Assembly (NCBI GenBank): GCA_046704725.1
Contig: JBJKRI010000006.1
Coordinates: 1-64,000 of the forward strand
Direction: 5' to 3'
Source: Candidatus Woesearchaeota archaeon
Lineage (GTDB): Archaea; Nanobdellota; Nanobdellia; Woesearchaeales; SKIA01
DNA length: 64,000 nucleotides
Shown here: piece after piece, positions 1 to 9,606 of the stretch
How positions within the stretch are numbered: position 1 is the stretch's first letter
Layout of the letters: each line of letters begins with the position of its first letter
The notes under the pieces: model-generated
What the model saw: only the letters and a program-made list of their open reading frames with translations
The model's database searches: none
What the model was told of the DNA's origin: nothing
Translations under genes and position numbers: made by a program

Positions 1-1522
1 ACACGTAGCCGCCGGTGTTCTGGACCTGCGACTCAAAGACCTCATGAGAACCGTCTCCATAAAGCGCGTCAAGGTTCTGGACGGTGATCCGCGGGGGCGG
101 GATGATGGTGAAAGTCCCGTTCGAGACCGCAGTACCAGTATTGAAACCATCGGAAGCGAGAACCTTGACCTTGTACTCCGTGCCGTACAAGAAATCAGAG
201 TTATTGAGCTCGTAAGAAGTTCGATTGATATCAAAGTCAATAGTGGTCCATGAAGAGCCGTTATCGGAACTGATGAGCAGAGCATAAAGAAGCGAGTTGT
301 TATCAGCATCAGAAGCATTCCACGTGATGTTAAAAAGAGATTTCATCGTCTCGCCAATGAAGGGAGAAATGATAGAGACATTTGGAATATGAGTACTGGC
401 ATTGCGTTGGTCCATCGTAATCCCGTTCAATTGCAAATCAATCTGTGATGCGTTAGAAGCATTAAGCATAAAGAAAAACGTTGTAATATTCGTGCTCGAA
501 TTACCTAGGGATCGAACCACCGAGACAGGATTAAACGAGATGTTATTTGTAATAATTCCGGATTTCGCTTTAACAATGATAGTGGCGTTTCCGGGGGAGA
601 TGTCGCGTTGAAGACTCAAACAACCTTTAGACAGCACATATACAGTCTGAATTGAAAACGCGCCAGTCGTGAGGTTATATGTTACTTTAAGAAGCATTTT
701 GGGAGAGATAAACACAGGGAGCTTGTTTGGCTGACTCGATAAATTGTCCAGAATAGTCAAATAACTGGCATTGTCGATCCAAATCGGACCATAATCAGCA
801 CTCCCCATAAGATTCTTTAACCAGCCAGAATGGGGTCCCGTCCCCGATAAGTTCAGTAAATCAATAACAGTCACATTGCTGTCTGGGAGGAAACAGCCGT
901 GAGAGTTGCAAGGAGGAGAGTCAAGTACACCATCACTAGGAGACGAATCATGATTAGGACAATGATGCTGCTCGTCTTGCTGGCTGAAATATTGATTCTC
1001 ATCACACAACCCGTATGTATGACCAATTTCATGAGCAGTAGCAATTGTGTAGTTGTCCTCCACTAAGACGAAATGACTATAAGGTCCAGGGATTTCAATC
1101 CCTCCATCACCGTTTCCAGCCAAATCTCCATGAAACACACCGACAACGCGGTCACAAGTATTTTTTTCGTCAAGAGATGTGGTTGCATATAGATTCTCAA
1201 CTGCGGCCTGAAAAGTATCATGTGGCTTCGATTCTTGGGCGGTCTTCACAGCGCTATCCTCAATTGTGACATTGAGCTCACCATCACCTAAGGGATAAAT
1301 TCGTTACAAAAAATCCAACTGTGAAGCTTCGGCAGAACGATATGCAGTTACATTAACGTATCCATTCCATTCAATTGGATGAACACTCACACGGAGATCA
1401 GGGACTTTAATAACAGAAATTGAAATAGATTTCTGATTATTTGTAGTATTATAATCAGATAGCGCACTAACGCAGGATGCAAATATTACCAGTAAGCACA
1501 ACAGATAGCACCTTGAAATCAT
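1..1522 (-). pseudogene. Secreted zinc metalloprotease (metzincin-like) with Ig/FN3-like C-terminal region; one in-frame TAA at 1304-1306; 3' end runs off the window
   Basis: Hand translation: signal-like MISRCYLLCLLVIFASCVSA, then ...QLDFL*RIYPLGDG... The same frame stays open to position 2 and contains HEIGHTYGLCD (1001-1033), a possible Met-turn NLMGS and FNITWNASDADNNSLLYALLISSDNGSSW. Confidence 0.75.
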
Positions 1523-2376
1523 AGCACACCCCTGCTCAAAATAATCGCCGAGGCTGTCAGACAACACATCGAAATTACAATAAAATAGAGTATTCTGCCA
1601 ACTCTCGACTTAATGTGATGCATTTGAAGATTCCACAAGTGTACTGCAACAGCAGCAGTAAGATAGAACCACACTAGAGCAAGAACAAACACAAACGCCG
1701 GGACATACGTAGGTACAAGATTTGTGAACACTTCGTCAAGCGCAAAAATGGGTGTCGAAACAAATCCGCAGCTAAGTTGTGCATTTCCAGGCATAAAGAT
1801 ATACATGTTCGCATGATAGCAGTATTCACTAAGAAACGGAATAAACGCGTCGAGATAAATGTAACCAATCCATAACATAACCGTAAGTTTTTTTGGACGA
1901 AAAACTTTACGAACGAAAGCACCTGCTCGTTTCAAATCAGATACAATGATGAGACGTGATCTCGAATCTTCTGCTGAATCATGAGTTATTCCAGAAATAC
2001 TATATTTCAGTTCAGAATAATTCGGCAAAGTAAATCGCTTGTAAAGCCATAGTGCTATAACAGAGATAAGAAACACCAGAGAAATACCCATCAACAAAGA
2101 TGATCCGATTATGATTCCAAATATAGATAACATTACTAAAATCAGCTTTTGAATCGGTAAAAGAGGAAAATACAGAAGGGAATATATCACCCCTGATGTT
2201 CCACAATGGTATGCAAGATAAGGGAATTGCGCGGTACGACTACAACGTAACACGAGGACAGAAAAAATTGTAAAGTACAGCACCAACATTCCAGCAACAA
2301 CAGAAATTTTCAAGAGAGGAAACCGCATACGCAGTCTTTCTTGACTCCTTATTGATTCTTTATCTGGTAGAATCAT
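1519..2376 (-). CDS. AT-rich multi-pass membrane protein, unknown function
   Basis: 285-aa ORF with many hydrophobic segments; ATGA overlaps with both neighbours. Confidence 0.7.
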   Translation of the reverse strand: MILPDKESIRSQERLRMRFPLLKISVVAGMLVLYFTIFSVLVLRCSRTAQFPYLAYHCGTSGVIYSLLYFPLLPIQKLILVMLSIFGIIIGSSLLMGISLVFLISVIALWLYKRFTLPNYSELKYSISGITHDSAEDSRSRLIIVSDLKRAGAFVRKVFRPKKLTVMLWIGYIYLDAFIPFLSEYCYHANMYIFMPGNAQLSCGFVSTPIFALDEVFTNLVPTYVPAFVFVLALVWFYLTAAVAVHLWNLQMHHIKSRVGRILYFIVISMCCLTASAIILSRGVL

Positions 2377-4553
2377 TGTATCTCCACACTCGCATTAATC
2401 GTGAGATTCGTGCCACTAATTTCCGGAACGAATGTGAACGCAAACCATTCCTTTGCGCCAGGATCAATCTGACGGGGATTGGTATTTGAGAATGAAAACG
2501 GACGGTCAGATGGACTAGGTGCGAGAGAGAGCTCGGTTCCGTTGAACCACGCACGGACATAGCCATTCGCAGAATAGTTTCCTTGATTCCGAACGCCCAC
2601 CAACACGTAGCCGCTCTTTCCTTCCACCATCGGCACGTTCGGAATGACTTGGATCGGGATAATATTCACAATCGCAAGATCGGTCCAGTTCGCGGGCTCA
2701 CACGTCCCCGACTGGCACGTGAGGTTCGTCAAACAGTCAGAATCCGAGCTGCAAGAACCTCCTTGCACAGTTCGGCACGGCGAACTCAGCGTGCACGATG
2801 CAGTAGTACAAGTTGCTCCAGCATAATTCGAGTCGCAAGTCATGTTTGAACCGCAACTATAGGCATTCAGGGTGACGTAAGAACCGGACGCATACCGTCC
2901 ACGGACAACGTAGTTACCGCTATTGCAAGCAGTCGACTTCTGATCGATGGAATAATACGTTCCTGAGCCAATGTCGTAGATATTGCAACTGCCAGAAACA
3001 TCATCCAAAGAGAATACTTTCGTTGTGTACTCACCAGGACCAACCCCAGTGAAGAACTGCGTGTACGCTCCCGAGCTGGTGCTGTCACAAGTAGCGGCAT
3101 TGTTACAATAGCTCGAACAGAGATTCTTGCTCGCAGTCGAGGTGAAACCACAGTAATCATACGTGCTGCTTTGGCCAGCGACATAATCAAAATACCAACA
3201 TTCGCCGATATGGCCTGAATTAGGATTCGTGAGCGTTCCACCAAGCGAGTACGAATTCTGCCAGACGACACCGTCGCTGGTAGTGCCACTAGAAGAATAG
3301 TCATCCGTGAACACAACATACGGCGAGAGAATATGGATCACACCGTCGTTATCTACAATTAGCGTCCGATTGTCCGAATAGTTGCCACGCGTCCGGACAA
3401 CAACATACGTGCCATTCGTGAGATTCACGTCATCGATAGAACCATTCCCCGACAGCCAATACGTCTCCGTCTGGTTCGACGTACCATAACCAGACACGTT
3501 ATACACGTCGTACGCATACCCGAACGACGCCGTAGAATGCGAAGTCCCGTTCGCCTGCACCAAACCATAACCATACGTGGTGTCAAGACCGCTGCTCCCA
3601 AGATCCACGGCCTTCTGCCGCAGCAGCGACCGCACACCAGAAGCGTTCAGGCTCGTATTCTCCGCCAACAAAAGCGCAGCCACACCAGCCACATGCGGAG
3701 CAGCAACACTCGTCCCGTTCACAACGACCGGCCCCGACAACCCATCAGTAGACACGTTCACGCCAGGAGCGACGAACTCAGTCTCCAACCCATGGTCGCT
3801 GAAATGCGCCAAGAGATCGCTCTGATCAGTCGCGCCCACACCGACCACCGACGAGTAACCAGCAGGATACTCGAGATCCGGCGCCCCAGAATTCCCCGCA
3901 GCAGCGACAAGCAAGACGCCATCCCTCGCCGCTGCCTCAACCGCGTCGCGAAAGATAGGAGAGTAGTCAGCAAAGCCGAAGCTCATCGTGACAATACTCA
4001 TGTTATGGTCCACAGCCCACTGCAAGCCAGCAAGAGCATCGCTGAGACGTCCCGTGCTCGAATTCATAATCTTCACAGCATAGACTGAAGCGTTGGGCGC
4101 GACATCGCGCACGACCCCCAATACGGCCGTCCCGTGGCCGTCCGTATCTGCGTAGTTGCTCGAATTCACGAGCACATTATAGCCGCCGCTCGCATTGAGC
4201 GCTCCCGTATCGAGGACCGCGACGCGCACACCCTCGCCACCAGTGGTGTTCCACACCGCGGGCGCGCCGACGCGCTCGACGTTCCACGACTGCACGGAAA
4301 TCTGTTGGTCAGGCTCCACGCGCAGCACATGGGAGTCCTTACGCAGCGCGGAGACGTTCTTCGCTGAAGCCCGTATGGCATCGATACGAAGGCCCACTGG
4401 CTGTGCGCTAAGACCATGCATCTTCGCAGTGTCGAACCCCGGAGCGTACTCGATGAGATACCTCCCGTTCGCGTTCGGCACCGCCGCGAGCGCAGAGCTC
4501 GCACAGATACACACGAAAGCCCATGCCAGCACATTCACAAGAGTCTTCGACAT
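2373..4553 (-). CDS. Secreted S8 subtilisin-like serine protease with Cys-rich region and C-terminal CARDB-like domain
   Basis: Signal peptide; VAVLDTG, GHGT, AAAGN and GTSVAAPHVAG motifs; Cys/Ser/Thr-rich segment; DLAIVNI...VRNQGN. Confidence 0.93.
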   Translation of the reverse strand: MSKTLVNVLAWAFVCICASSALAAVPNANGRYLIEYAPGFDTAKMHGLSAQPVGLRIDAIRASAKNVSALRKDSHVLRVEPDQQISVQSWNVERVGAPAVWNTTGGEGVRVAVLDTGALNASGGYNVLVNSSNYADTDGHGTAVLGVVRDVAPNASVYAVKIMNSSTGRLSDALAGLQWAVDHNMSIVTMSFGFADYSPIFRDAVEAAARDGVLLVAAAGNSGAPDLEYPAGYSSVVGVGATDQSDLLAHFSDHGLETEFVAPGVNVSTDGLSGPVVVNGTSVAAPHVAGVAALLLAENTSLNASGVRSLLRQKAVDLGSSGLDTTYGYGLVQANGTSHSTASFGYAYDVYNVSGYGTSNQTETYWLSGNGSIDDVNLTNGTYVVVRTRGNYSDNRTLIVDNDGVIHILSPYVVFTDDYSSSGTTSDGVVWQNSYSLGGTLTNPNSGHIGECWYFDYVAGQSSTYDYCGFTSTASKNLCSSYCNNAATCDSTSSGAYTQFFTGVGPGEYTTKVFSLDDVSGSCNIYDIGSGTYYSIDQKSTACNSGNYVVRGRYASGSYVTLNAYSCGSNMTCDSNYAGATCTTASCTLSSPCRTVQGGSCSSDSDCLTNLTCQSGTCEPANWTDLAIVNIIPIQVIPNVPMVEGKSGYVLVGVRNQGNYSANGYVRAWFNGTELSLAPSPSDRPFSFSNTNPRQIDPGAKEWFAFTFVPEISGTNLTINASVEIQ

Positions 4554-4563
4554 AAGTAACCCC

Positions 4564-6525
4564 TCAGTACGTGGTGTTGATCAACTGCGATACATTGCCT
4601 CTGATCTGATCGGCGGTCAGGTCATATCCTTGCCAGACATAGAACACCGGCGAGATATTGTAGAACGTCGGGAACGAAGAACCGCTCGCGTTGTCGTAGT
4701 TGAACGCGTACCGCCGGTTTCCGCTCACGATGAAATAATCGAACCGGCCCAGCTCCTGCGTGCCATTCTCGAGGCGGATGTACACCTGTTGATCAGGATA
4801 CGCCGTGTAGCTCGCTCCCGCAGAAGAAGCGTTGACGCCATCCAGAATCGCTTGTACTCCAGCAGAGTCATTCAGCTCCGGGGGTGCAACGAAAAACGCA
4901 GCAGTCAGATTCTGCATGACTGCAGTATCAGTGCTGTTGCCGCCCGTCAAGTACACCGTATACTCGAACCGATCCCCTGAGGTGCACGCGGTCTTCACCC
5001 CACTAGACAAGGCTCCAGTCCACGTGGTTCCTCCATCGCAACTCGCATTCACAGTCGCACTAGCCGTAGAAGTGTTCCATGTCGCCAGTATCGCAGATTC
5101 GTTATCCGCCAAGTCAATGGGCGTGCTCACAAACAAGTTCCGGCTCGTATTGTATAAAGCAGGATTCACTCCCTTGCCATTCGCGTATGCATCTGCTATG
5201 GTCGTCGCGTTCCAGGCAACGCCTATATGCATCTCGATGTCGTCCATCGTCCCGGAAAACACCCGAGGAATGTCAAAACGCATTTTTCCAATTTGCAGAG
5301 GCAACTGGTTGGTACAAAGATTACCAGATCCAAGGCTCGAGTCGGTGAGGTTTGCTGAATAAAGTGTCTTATCCACGTACATCTTCCATTGTTCTGTGCT
5401 TCTGCTTCCATTATACACAAAGGTCAGCATGTGCGTTTCATTTTCCACCACTGTAGCATTAAGATCCGCTCTATTTCTGCTCCCTGAGCAGTCATATGAC
5501 TCAAGTATCCAATCACCAGATGAAACCCCAATGTTTATCGTGCGGTAACCGTTACTATAGCTGCTCCAGTTACCGACGCGCAGAATCCATCCCGTCGAAT
5601 TAGCTGTCATGTTGACCCACACATTCACCGTAAAAACATTCGTGGACGACGGTATATTGAAATTCGATATTGTCAAACTACTATTTGCTGAAGAATTAAA
5701 CAATGCGCCATCGCCATACACTATTCCTGTATCATAGGTGATGTCCATGGCCGAGAAGTTCCAGCCATGGCTCGATTTGCCGCTTGAGTCCCCAGAATCC
5801 ATGCGGAGATAGACGTAGCTGTCATTCGTCGCTCCAGTCATATAAGCTGAGTCTCCGTAAACAAGGTTCAATCCATCCAGAGTCACTCCTGCTGTTGTAG
5901 TGGTTGTGTTCTCATCCGAAAGCCAGTGGTTCGAAGCGTTCGACACGTTGCCAATCTCATATTCAGTGCTATTGATGAAAGGGTCGAGGAAATTCACGGA
6001 GTACTTCCACACCGCGCCTATGACGTTGCTCAGGCCCACCTTGAGCGCTTGGCACTGATTGCTGCTGAACTGCAGGCCGGTCGCGGTCGCTTGCTGCTTG
6101 CCGGCGTTCCTTTCGAAGCTCTTTCCGGGGACTCCTTTCCATGCGGAGCGCGTCTCAGTGAGATAGCTCGTCTTCACGACGGTCTGGTTGCTCCCATTGT
6201 CACTCCCGTTTCCGGAGAGAACAGAAACGTAGGTGACCGGGACCTGGACTTGTTCCGTATGGAGCTCCTGCATATCAAATGGCTTGAGAGAGTTAACAGA
6301 GAAATCAAGATTGAAGGCCTGATTGGAGTTCTGGAGGTTGCAGACCTGCAGATCAGCCCAGCATTCCGATCCCGTGCAACGGAAATCCGGCGCGCTGATA
6401 GAAAAACCATTCTGTGTCGCAGATTGCATCGAGAGCGCGAAAGCGCCTGAAGCGGTCGCCACCAAAAGCAACGCGAATGCACAGTACCGCAGAACTATCC
6501 GTCCGAAAGAGCTATCTCCCCCCAT
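4564..6525 (-). CDS. Large secreted/surface protein with LamG (ConA-like) domain
   Basis: Signal peptide; FTVNVWV, HMLTFVYNG, MYVD, LQIG, FSGTMDDI pattern; many N-x-S/T sequons. Start placed at ATG 6525. Confidence 0.8.
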   Translation of the reverse strand: MGGDSSFGRIVLRYCAFALLLVATASGAFALSMQSATQNGFSISAPDFRCTGSECWADLQVCNLQNSNQAFNLDFSVNSLKPFDMQELHTEQVQVPVTYVSVLSGNGSDNGSNQTVVKTSYLTETRSAWKGVPGKSFERNAGKQQATATGLQFSSNQCQALKVGLSNVIGAVWKYSVNFLDPFINSTEYEIGNVSNASNHWLSDENTTTTTAGVTLDGLNLVYGDSAYMTGATNDSYVYLRMDSGDSSGKSSHGWNFSAMDITYDTGIVYGDGALFNSSANSSLTISNFNIPSSTNVFTVNVWVNMTANSTGWILRVGNWSSYSNGYRTINIGVSSGDWILESYDCSGSRNRADLNATVVENETHMLTFVYNGSRSTEQWKMYVDKTLYSANLTDSSLGSGNLCTNQLPLQIGKMRFDIPRVFSGTMDDIEMHIGVAWNATTIADAYANGKGVNPALYNTSRNLFVSTPIDLADNESAILATWNTSTASATVNASCDGGTTWTGALSSGVKTACTSGDRFEYTVYLTGGNSTDTAVMQNLTAAFFVAPPELNDSAGVQAILDGVNASSAGASYTAYPDQQVYIRLENGTQELGRFDYFIVSGNRRYAFNYDNASGSSFPTFYNISPVFYVWQGYDLTADQIRGNVSQLINTTY

Positions 6526-6627
6526 ATTCACAACCAGAAAATAAATTGTACTTAAAATGCGCGGATATTTCATATATACCAAGCGAATAGCACTTTAAAG
6601 ACGTTTCGAGGACGCCAACGCCGGCGT

Positions 6628-7509
6628 CTATCGGCTGCTGTCGGCGGCGCGCTCGAGGTCGACCTTGCGGCTGATCGCCTGGGACTGCGGGTTCGAGGAC
6701 GCGGCGGCGAGGATCTCCTCGGCCAACGCCTGGGACGCGCTCTTCTTCTTGTTGAACGAGCGCGTGTAGGCGCCTTGCGCCATCATGCGCAGCGCCACGT
6801 CGACGCGGCGCTGGGGAGCGCACTCCACCGCCTTCGGGTAGCGGGCGCCGCCGTACTCGATGTTCACGATCTCCTCTCTGGGAGCCGCGTTCTCGACGGC
6901 CTGCACGAAGACCGCGACGGGATTCTTCTTGGTGCGCTGCTCGATGAGGATGAATGCGTCCTCCACGATCTGGTAGACGGTCGCGGCACGGCCGGTGTTG
7001 TGGCCGGACGAGGTCTTGTGCTTCTTGCCTTTGTGGCCGACGACCATGAGGTGGTTGATGAGCCGCTCGACGATGAAGACCTTGGACTTGTGGAACCGGT
7101 TGCCCGCGTAGCGCGCGCCCGTCTTGGGCACGATGCGGGGCTCGAGGGTGACGTACGCGACAAGACCCGGGTCCTCGACCTTGATGCCCGTGACGTCCCA
7201 GCGGTCGAACGCCTTTGCGACGCTCGTGGGCTTGGGAACTGGCATCGGAACAGGCTTGGGCGCTTCGGGCTTGGATGCCTCCTTCGCGGGAGCCTTGGAT
7301 GCCTTCTTGGCCGGAGCCTTCTTGGCGGGTGCTTTCGGAGCGGGCTTGGCTTCCTTCTTCTCGGCAGGAGCCTTGACCTCTTTCTCGGCAGGCTTGGGAG
7401 CTTCGGTCTTCGGGGCTTCGGGCTTGGCCTCGTTCTTCTCGGCAGGCTTGGGCTCAGCGGCCTTCACCGCTTTCTTCGCCGGCGCCTTCTTGGGGGTCTC
7501 GTCTGTCAT
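6628..7509 (-). CDS. rps7: 30S ribosomal protein S7 (uS7) with long K/A/P/E-rich N-terminal extension
   Basis: IVERLIN, NPVAVFVQAVENAAPREE, PQRRVDVALR; ATG 7509 overlaps the rps12 stop. Confidence 0.96.
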   Translation of the reverse strand: MTDETPKKAPAKKAVKAAEPKPAEKNEAKPEAPKTEAPKPAEKEVKAPAEKKEAKPAPKAPAKKAPAKKASKAPAKEASKPEAPKPVPMPVPKPTSVAKAFDRWDVTGIKVEDPGLVAYVTLEPRIVPKTGARYAGNRFHKSKVFIVERLINHLMVVGHKGKKHKTSSGHNTGRAATVYQIVEDAFILIEQRTKKNPVAVFVQAVENAAPREEIVNIEYGGARYPKAVECAPQRRVDVALRMMAQGAYTRSFNKKKSASQALAEEILAAASSNPQSQAISRKVDLERAADSSR

Positions 7510-7946
7510 CACTTCCTCGCCTTCTCGATCTTGCCGCCGCGCAGTGCCTGCAGCGACTGTTCGTTGACCTTGATGACCTGCCAGCGGATACCGCCGAGGT
7601 CGCCCTTCGCGCGGCCCATCTTGCCGCCGATACGCTCGATCATGACCTCGTCGTGCTCGTCGACGAGCTTGACCGCGCCGTCGCCGGGCAGGAAGGCCGT
7701 GACCTGCTTGCCGTTCTTGATGAGCTGGACGCGCACGCACTTTCGCATGGCGCTGTTGGGCTGCTTCGCCTCGACCTGGACCTTCTCCAAGACGATGGCG
7801 TTGGCCTGGGACGCTCCCTCGAGAGGGTCGGACTTCCGCAGGAGGCCGTACTTGCGCTTGACGTACCACTTGTCGGACTCCTGCGACTTGCGCCGGCGGG
7901 CCTTCAGCTTCTTGGCGGCGTTCAGGCCGCTCGCTTTCTTGCTCAT
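7509..7946 (-). CDS. rps12: 30S ribosomal protein S12 (uS12)
   Basis: [32 protein letters not shown]. Confidence 0.98.
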   Translation of the reverse strand: MSKKASGLNAAKKLKARRRKSQESDKWYVKRKYGLLRKSDPLEGASQANAIVLEKVQVEAKQPNSAMRKCVRVQLIKNGKQVTAFLPGDGAVKLVDEHDEVMIERIGGKMGRAKGDLGGIRWQVIKVNEQSLQALRGGKIEKARK

Positions 7947-7969
7947 CTATGTCGCGCGAATCGAGGGGC

Positions 7970-7979
7970 GTTTTTAAAG
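7970..7979 (-). promoter_or_regulatory. Putative TATA box for rps12-rps7
   Basis: TTTAAAAA on the minus strand about 25 nt upstream of the rps12 ATG. Confidence 0.5.
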
Positions 7980-8051
7980 GTTGCTGTCCCCTCGAAGCAC
8001 TTCGCGCAACCGTCCAAAGGACCCATAACAAGTGACTACTGATAGGTAGCC

Positions 8052-8059
8052 ATATAAAA
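8052..8059 (+). promoter_or_regulatory. Putative TATA box for the kinase-like gene
   Basis: ATATAAAA ending about 20 nt before ATG 8080. Confidence 0.5.
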
Positions 8060-8079
8060 CTGGACCTCCTACAAAAGAC

Positions 8080-8934
8080 ATGACGCTGCATGACGCCGCA
8101 GGGCTATACGACGCCATCAAACGAGCGAAACGCCGCGGCAGATGGGGCGGCTTTCCCACCAGCGAGGAAACGGAGAGAGCACAAGAGGCGCGCGACGCCT
8201 GGAGCTTCGCGCATGCCATCCTCGTCTATGGCGGTGAGCAGCTCCACGTGAAGGTGCCAAGAATACTCGGAAGCCTCTTCATCCTGCGAGGACAGGCATG
8301 GGCGAGCGGAGCGTATGATTCGGAGCACATCGTTTCCATGGGCGCGAAAGAGACGATCGCCGAAGAGTACCGGCAGCTCGAACGGCTCGCCGGCAAGGCG
8401 GATGTCATCACACCCAGAAGGGACCTGCTCGAATGGAGCGGACAAAGCGGTGCGCTGCTCACAGACCAGCTCGTCGGAGTAAGGAACGTCACAGACCTCG
8501 CATACACGCACACTGCAGACCAACTACTCCCGCCCATCGGCGCATTGCTGCGGAGCATCCACGACGCGAACGAGCACTGGGTGGACGCACGCCTGGGGAA
8601 CGTGCTCCAAGACAGCACAGGACGATACATCGCATGCGATTTCGGAAGAAGCCTACGGACAACGAGTCAACACCGCAGAGCGGCATACGACCTGTTCCGC
8701 ATGGCCGCGAGCGCGAGCGAACGCACAGAAGAACGACCAGAGCTCATCTGGAGCGCGCTGCTCGAAGGGTACGGGGATGTGCAAGAAATCCGAGGAGCGC
8801 TCGGAAGCCAGGCGAGGCACTGGATATACATGCCGAAACTTCCGGGACAAGAACGCTTCATGCGGCTCGTATACGGGGTAGACCGCAACAAGATGGCGAC
8901 ACTCGCAGAAACGATACGCAACAGGCTCAGATGA
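8080..8934 (+). CDS. Protein-kinase-like fold protein (Kdo/WaaP/Bud32/RIO-like)
   Basis: HVK, EEYRQL, catalytic loop HWVDARLGNV, CDFG, downstream DL. Confidence 0.75.
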   Translation: MTLHDAAGLYDAIKRAKRRGRWGGFPTSEETERAQEARDAWSFAHAILVYGGEQLHVKVPRILGSLFILRGQAWASGAYDSEHIVSMGAKETIAEEYRQLERLAGKADVITPRRDLLEWSGQSGALLTDQLVGVRNVTDLAYTHTADQLLPPIGALLRSIHDANEHWVDARLGNVLQDSTGRYIACDFGRSLRTTSQHRRAAYDLFRMAASASERTEERPELIWSALLEGYGDVQEIRGALGSQARHWIYMPKLPGQERFMRLVYGVDRNKMATLAETIRNRLR

Positions 8935-9346
8935 CCTTGATCTCGGGGACCTCGTGGTACTTGCGGATCATCCACTCGAGATTGCGCAGGTTACGCGCCT
9001 TCTTGCCGATGAGAAGGCCATTGGTCTTCTCGTCCTTGCCCTTCAAGACGACGACGCCGTCGTCGCGCTCCTCGATATCGACAATCTCCAAGGGGCTGGT
9101 GAACGAACGGATCAACGCGATCTTGTCGGTCTTCCACTCGCTGATACGCACCTTCTTGCCCAGGCGGTTCTCGAGGTCGCGTAGGTTCTTGGCGCCTTTG
9201 CCCAAAGCCTTGCCCAAGTCGCCTTCTTCCACGATGAAGGTCAGTTTCCCGTTCTGGTCGTAGAAACAGTCACGCACGCGGGTGTGGGTGCGCTGCTCGA
9301 AATAAGAGATGAGCTTGATGAGCTCCGAATCGAATACCTGGGTCAT
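8927..9346 (-). CDS. nusA: Archaeal NusA-like KH-domain protein
   Basis: GKALGKGAKN and LLIGKKARN KH motifs; canonical position after rpl30e. Confidence 0.95.
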   Translation of the reverse strand: MTQVFDSELIKLISYFEQRTHTRVRDCFYDQNGKLTFIVEEGDLGKALGKGAKNLRDLENRLGKKVRISEWKTDKIALIRSFTSPLEIVDIEERDDGVVVLKGKDEKTNGLLIGKKARNLRNLEWMIRKYHEVPEIKVI

Positions 9347-9606
9347 TTTTTCACGGCCAGAAAAGCGATGGGAAAAGGCTTTCGGCAGATGGTACCGAGC
9401 TGGTCGTTGCGCGCCGAGGACACCTCGACGGGCACGGACACGGTCTTGGCGTGCGCCCGCACGCTCTCGGCGTCGAGATCCGGAGCGTTGGCTGCCATGA
9501 TGATCTTCACGGCGTCCCCCTTGCTGAGCGCGTCGCGAGACTCGCGCAGGCCGATGATGAGCTTTCCCTGGTCCAGGTATTTACGGAGTTCCTCTGTGGA
9601 TGTCAT
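9343..9606 (-). CDS. rpl30e: 50S ribosomal protein L30e
   Basis: [17 protein letters not shown]; synteny. Confidence 0.93.
   Translation of the reverse strand: MTSTEELRKYLDQGKLIIGLRESRDALSKGDAVKIIMAANAPDLDAESVRAHAKTVSVPVEVSSARNDQLGTICRKPFPIAFLAVKK

Noticed and set aside
1161-1167. Suspected frameshift at the T7 run in the metalloprotease
   Set aside because: Codon-by-codon reading (GAC GAA AAA AAT ACT) stays in frame.
7510-8091. 487-aa version of rps7 extending over rps12
   Set aside because: Overlaps rps12 in another frame; the coupled ATG at 7509 is the likely start.
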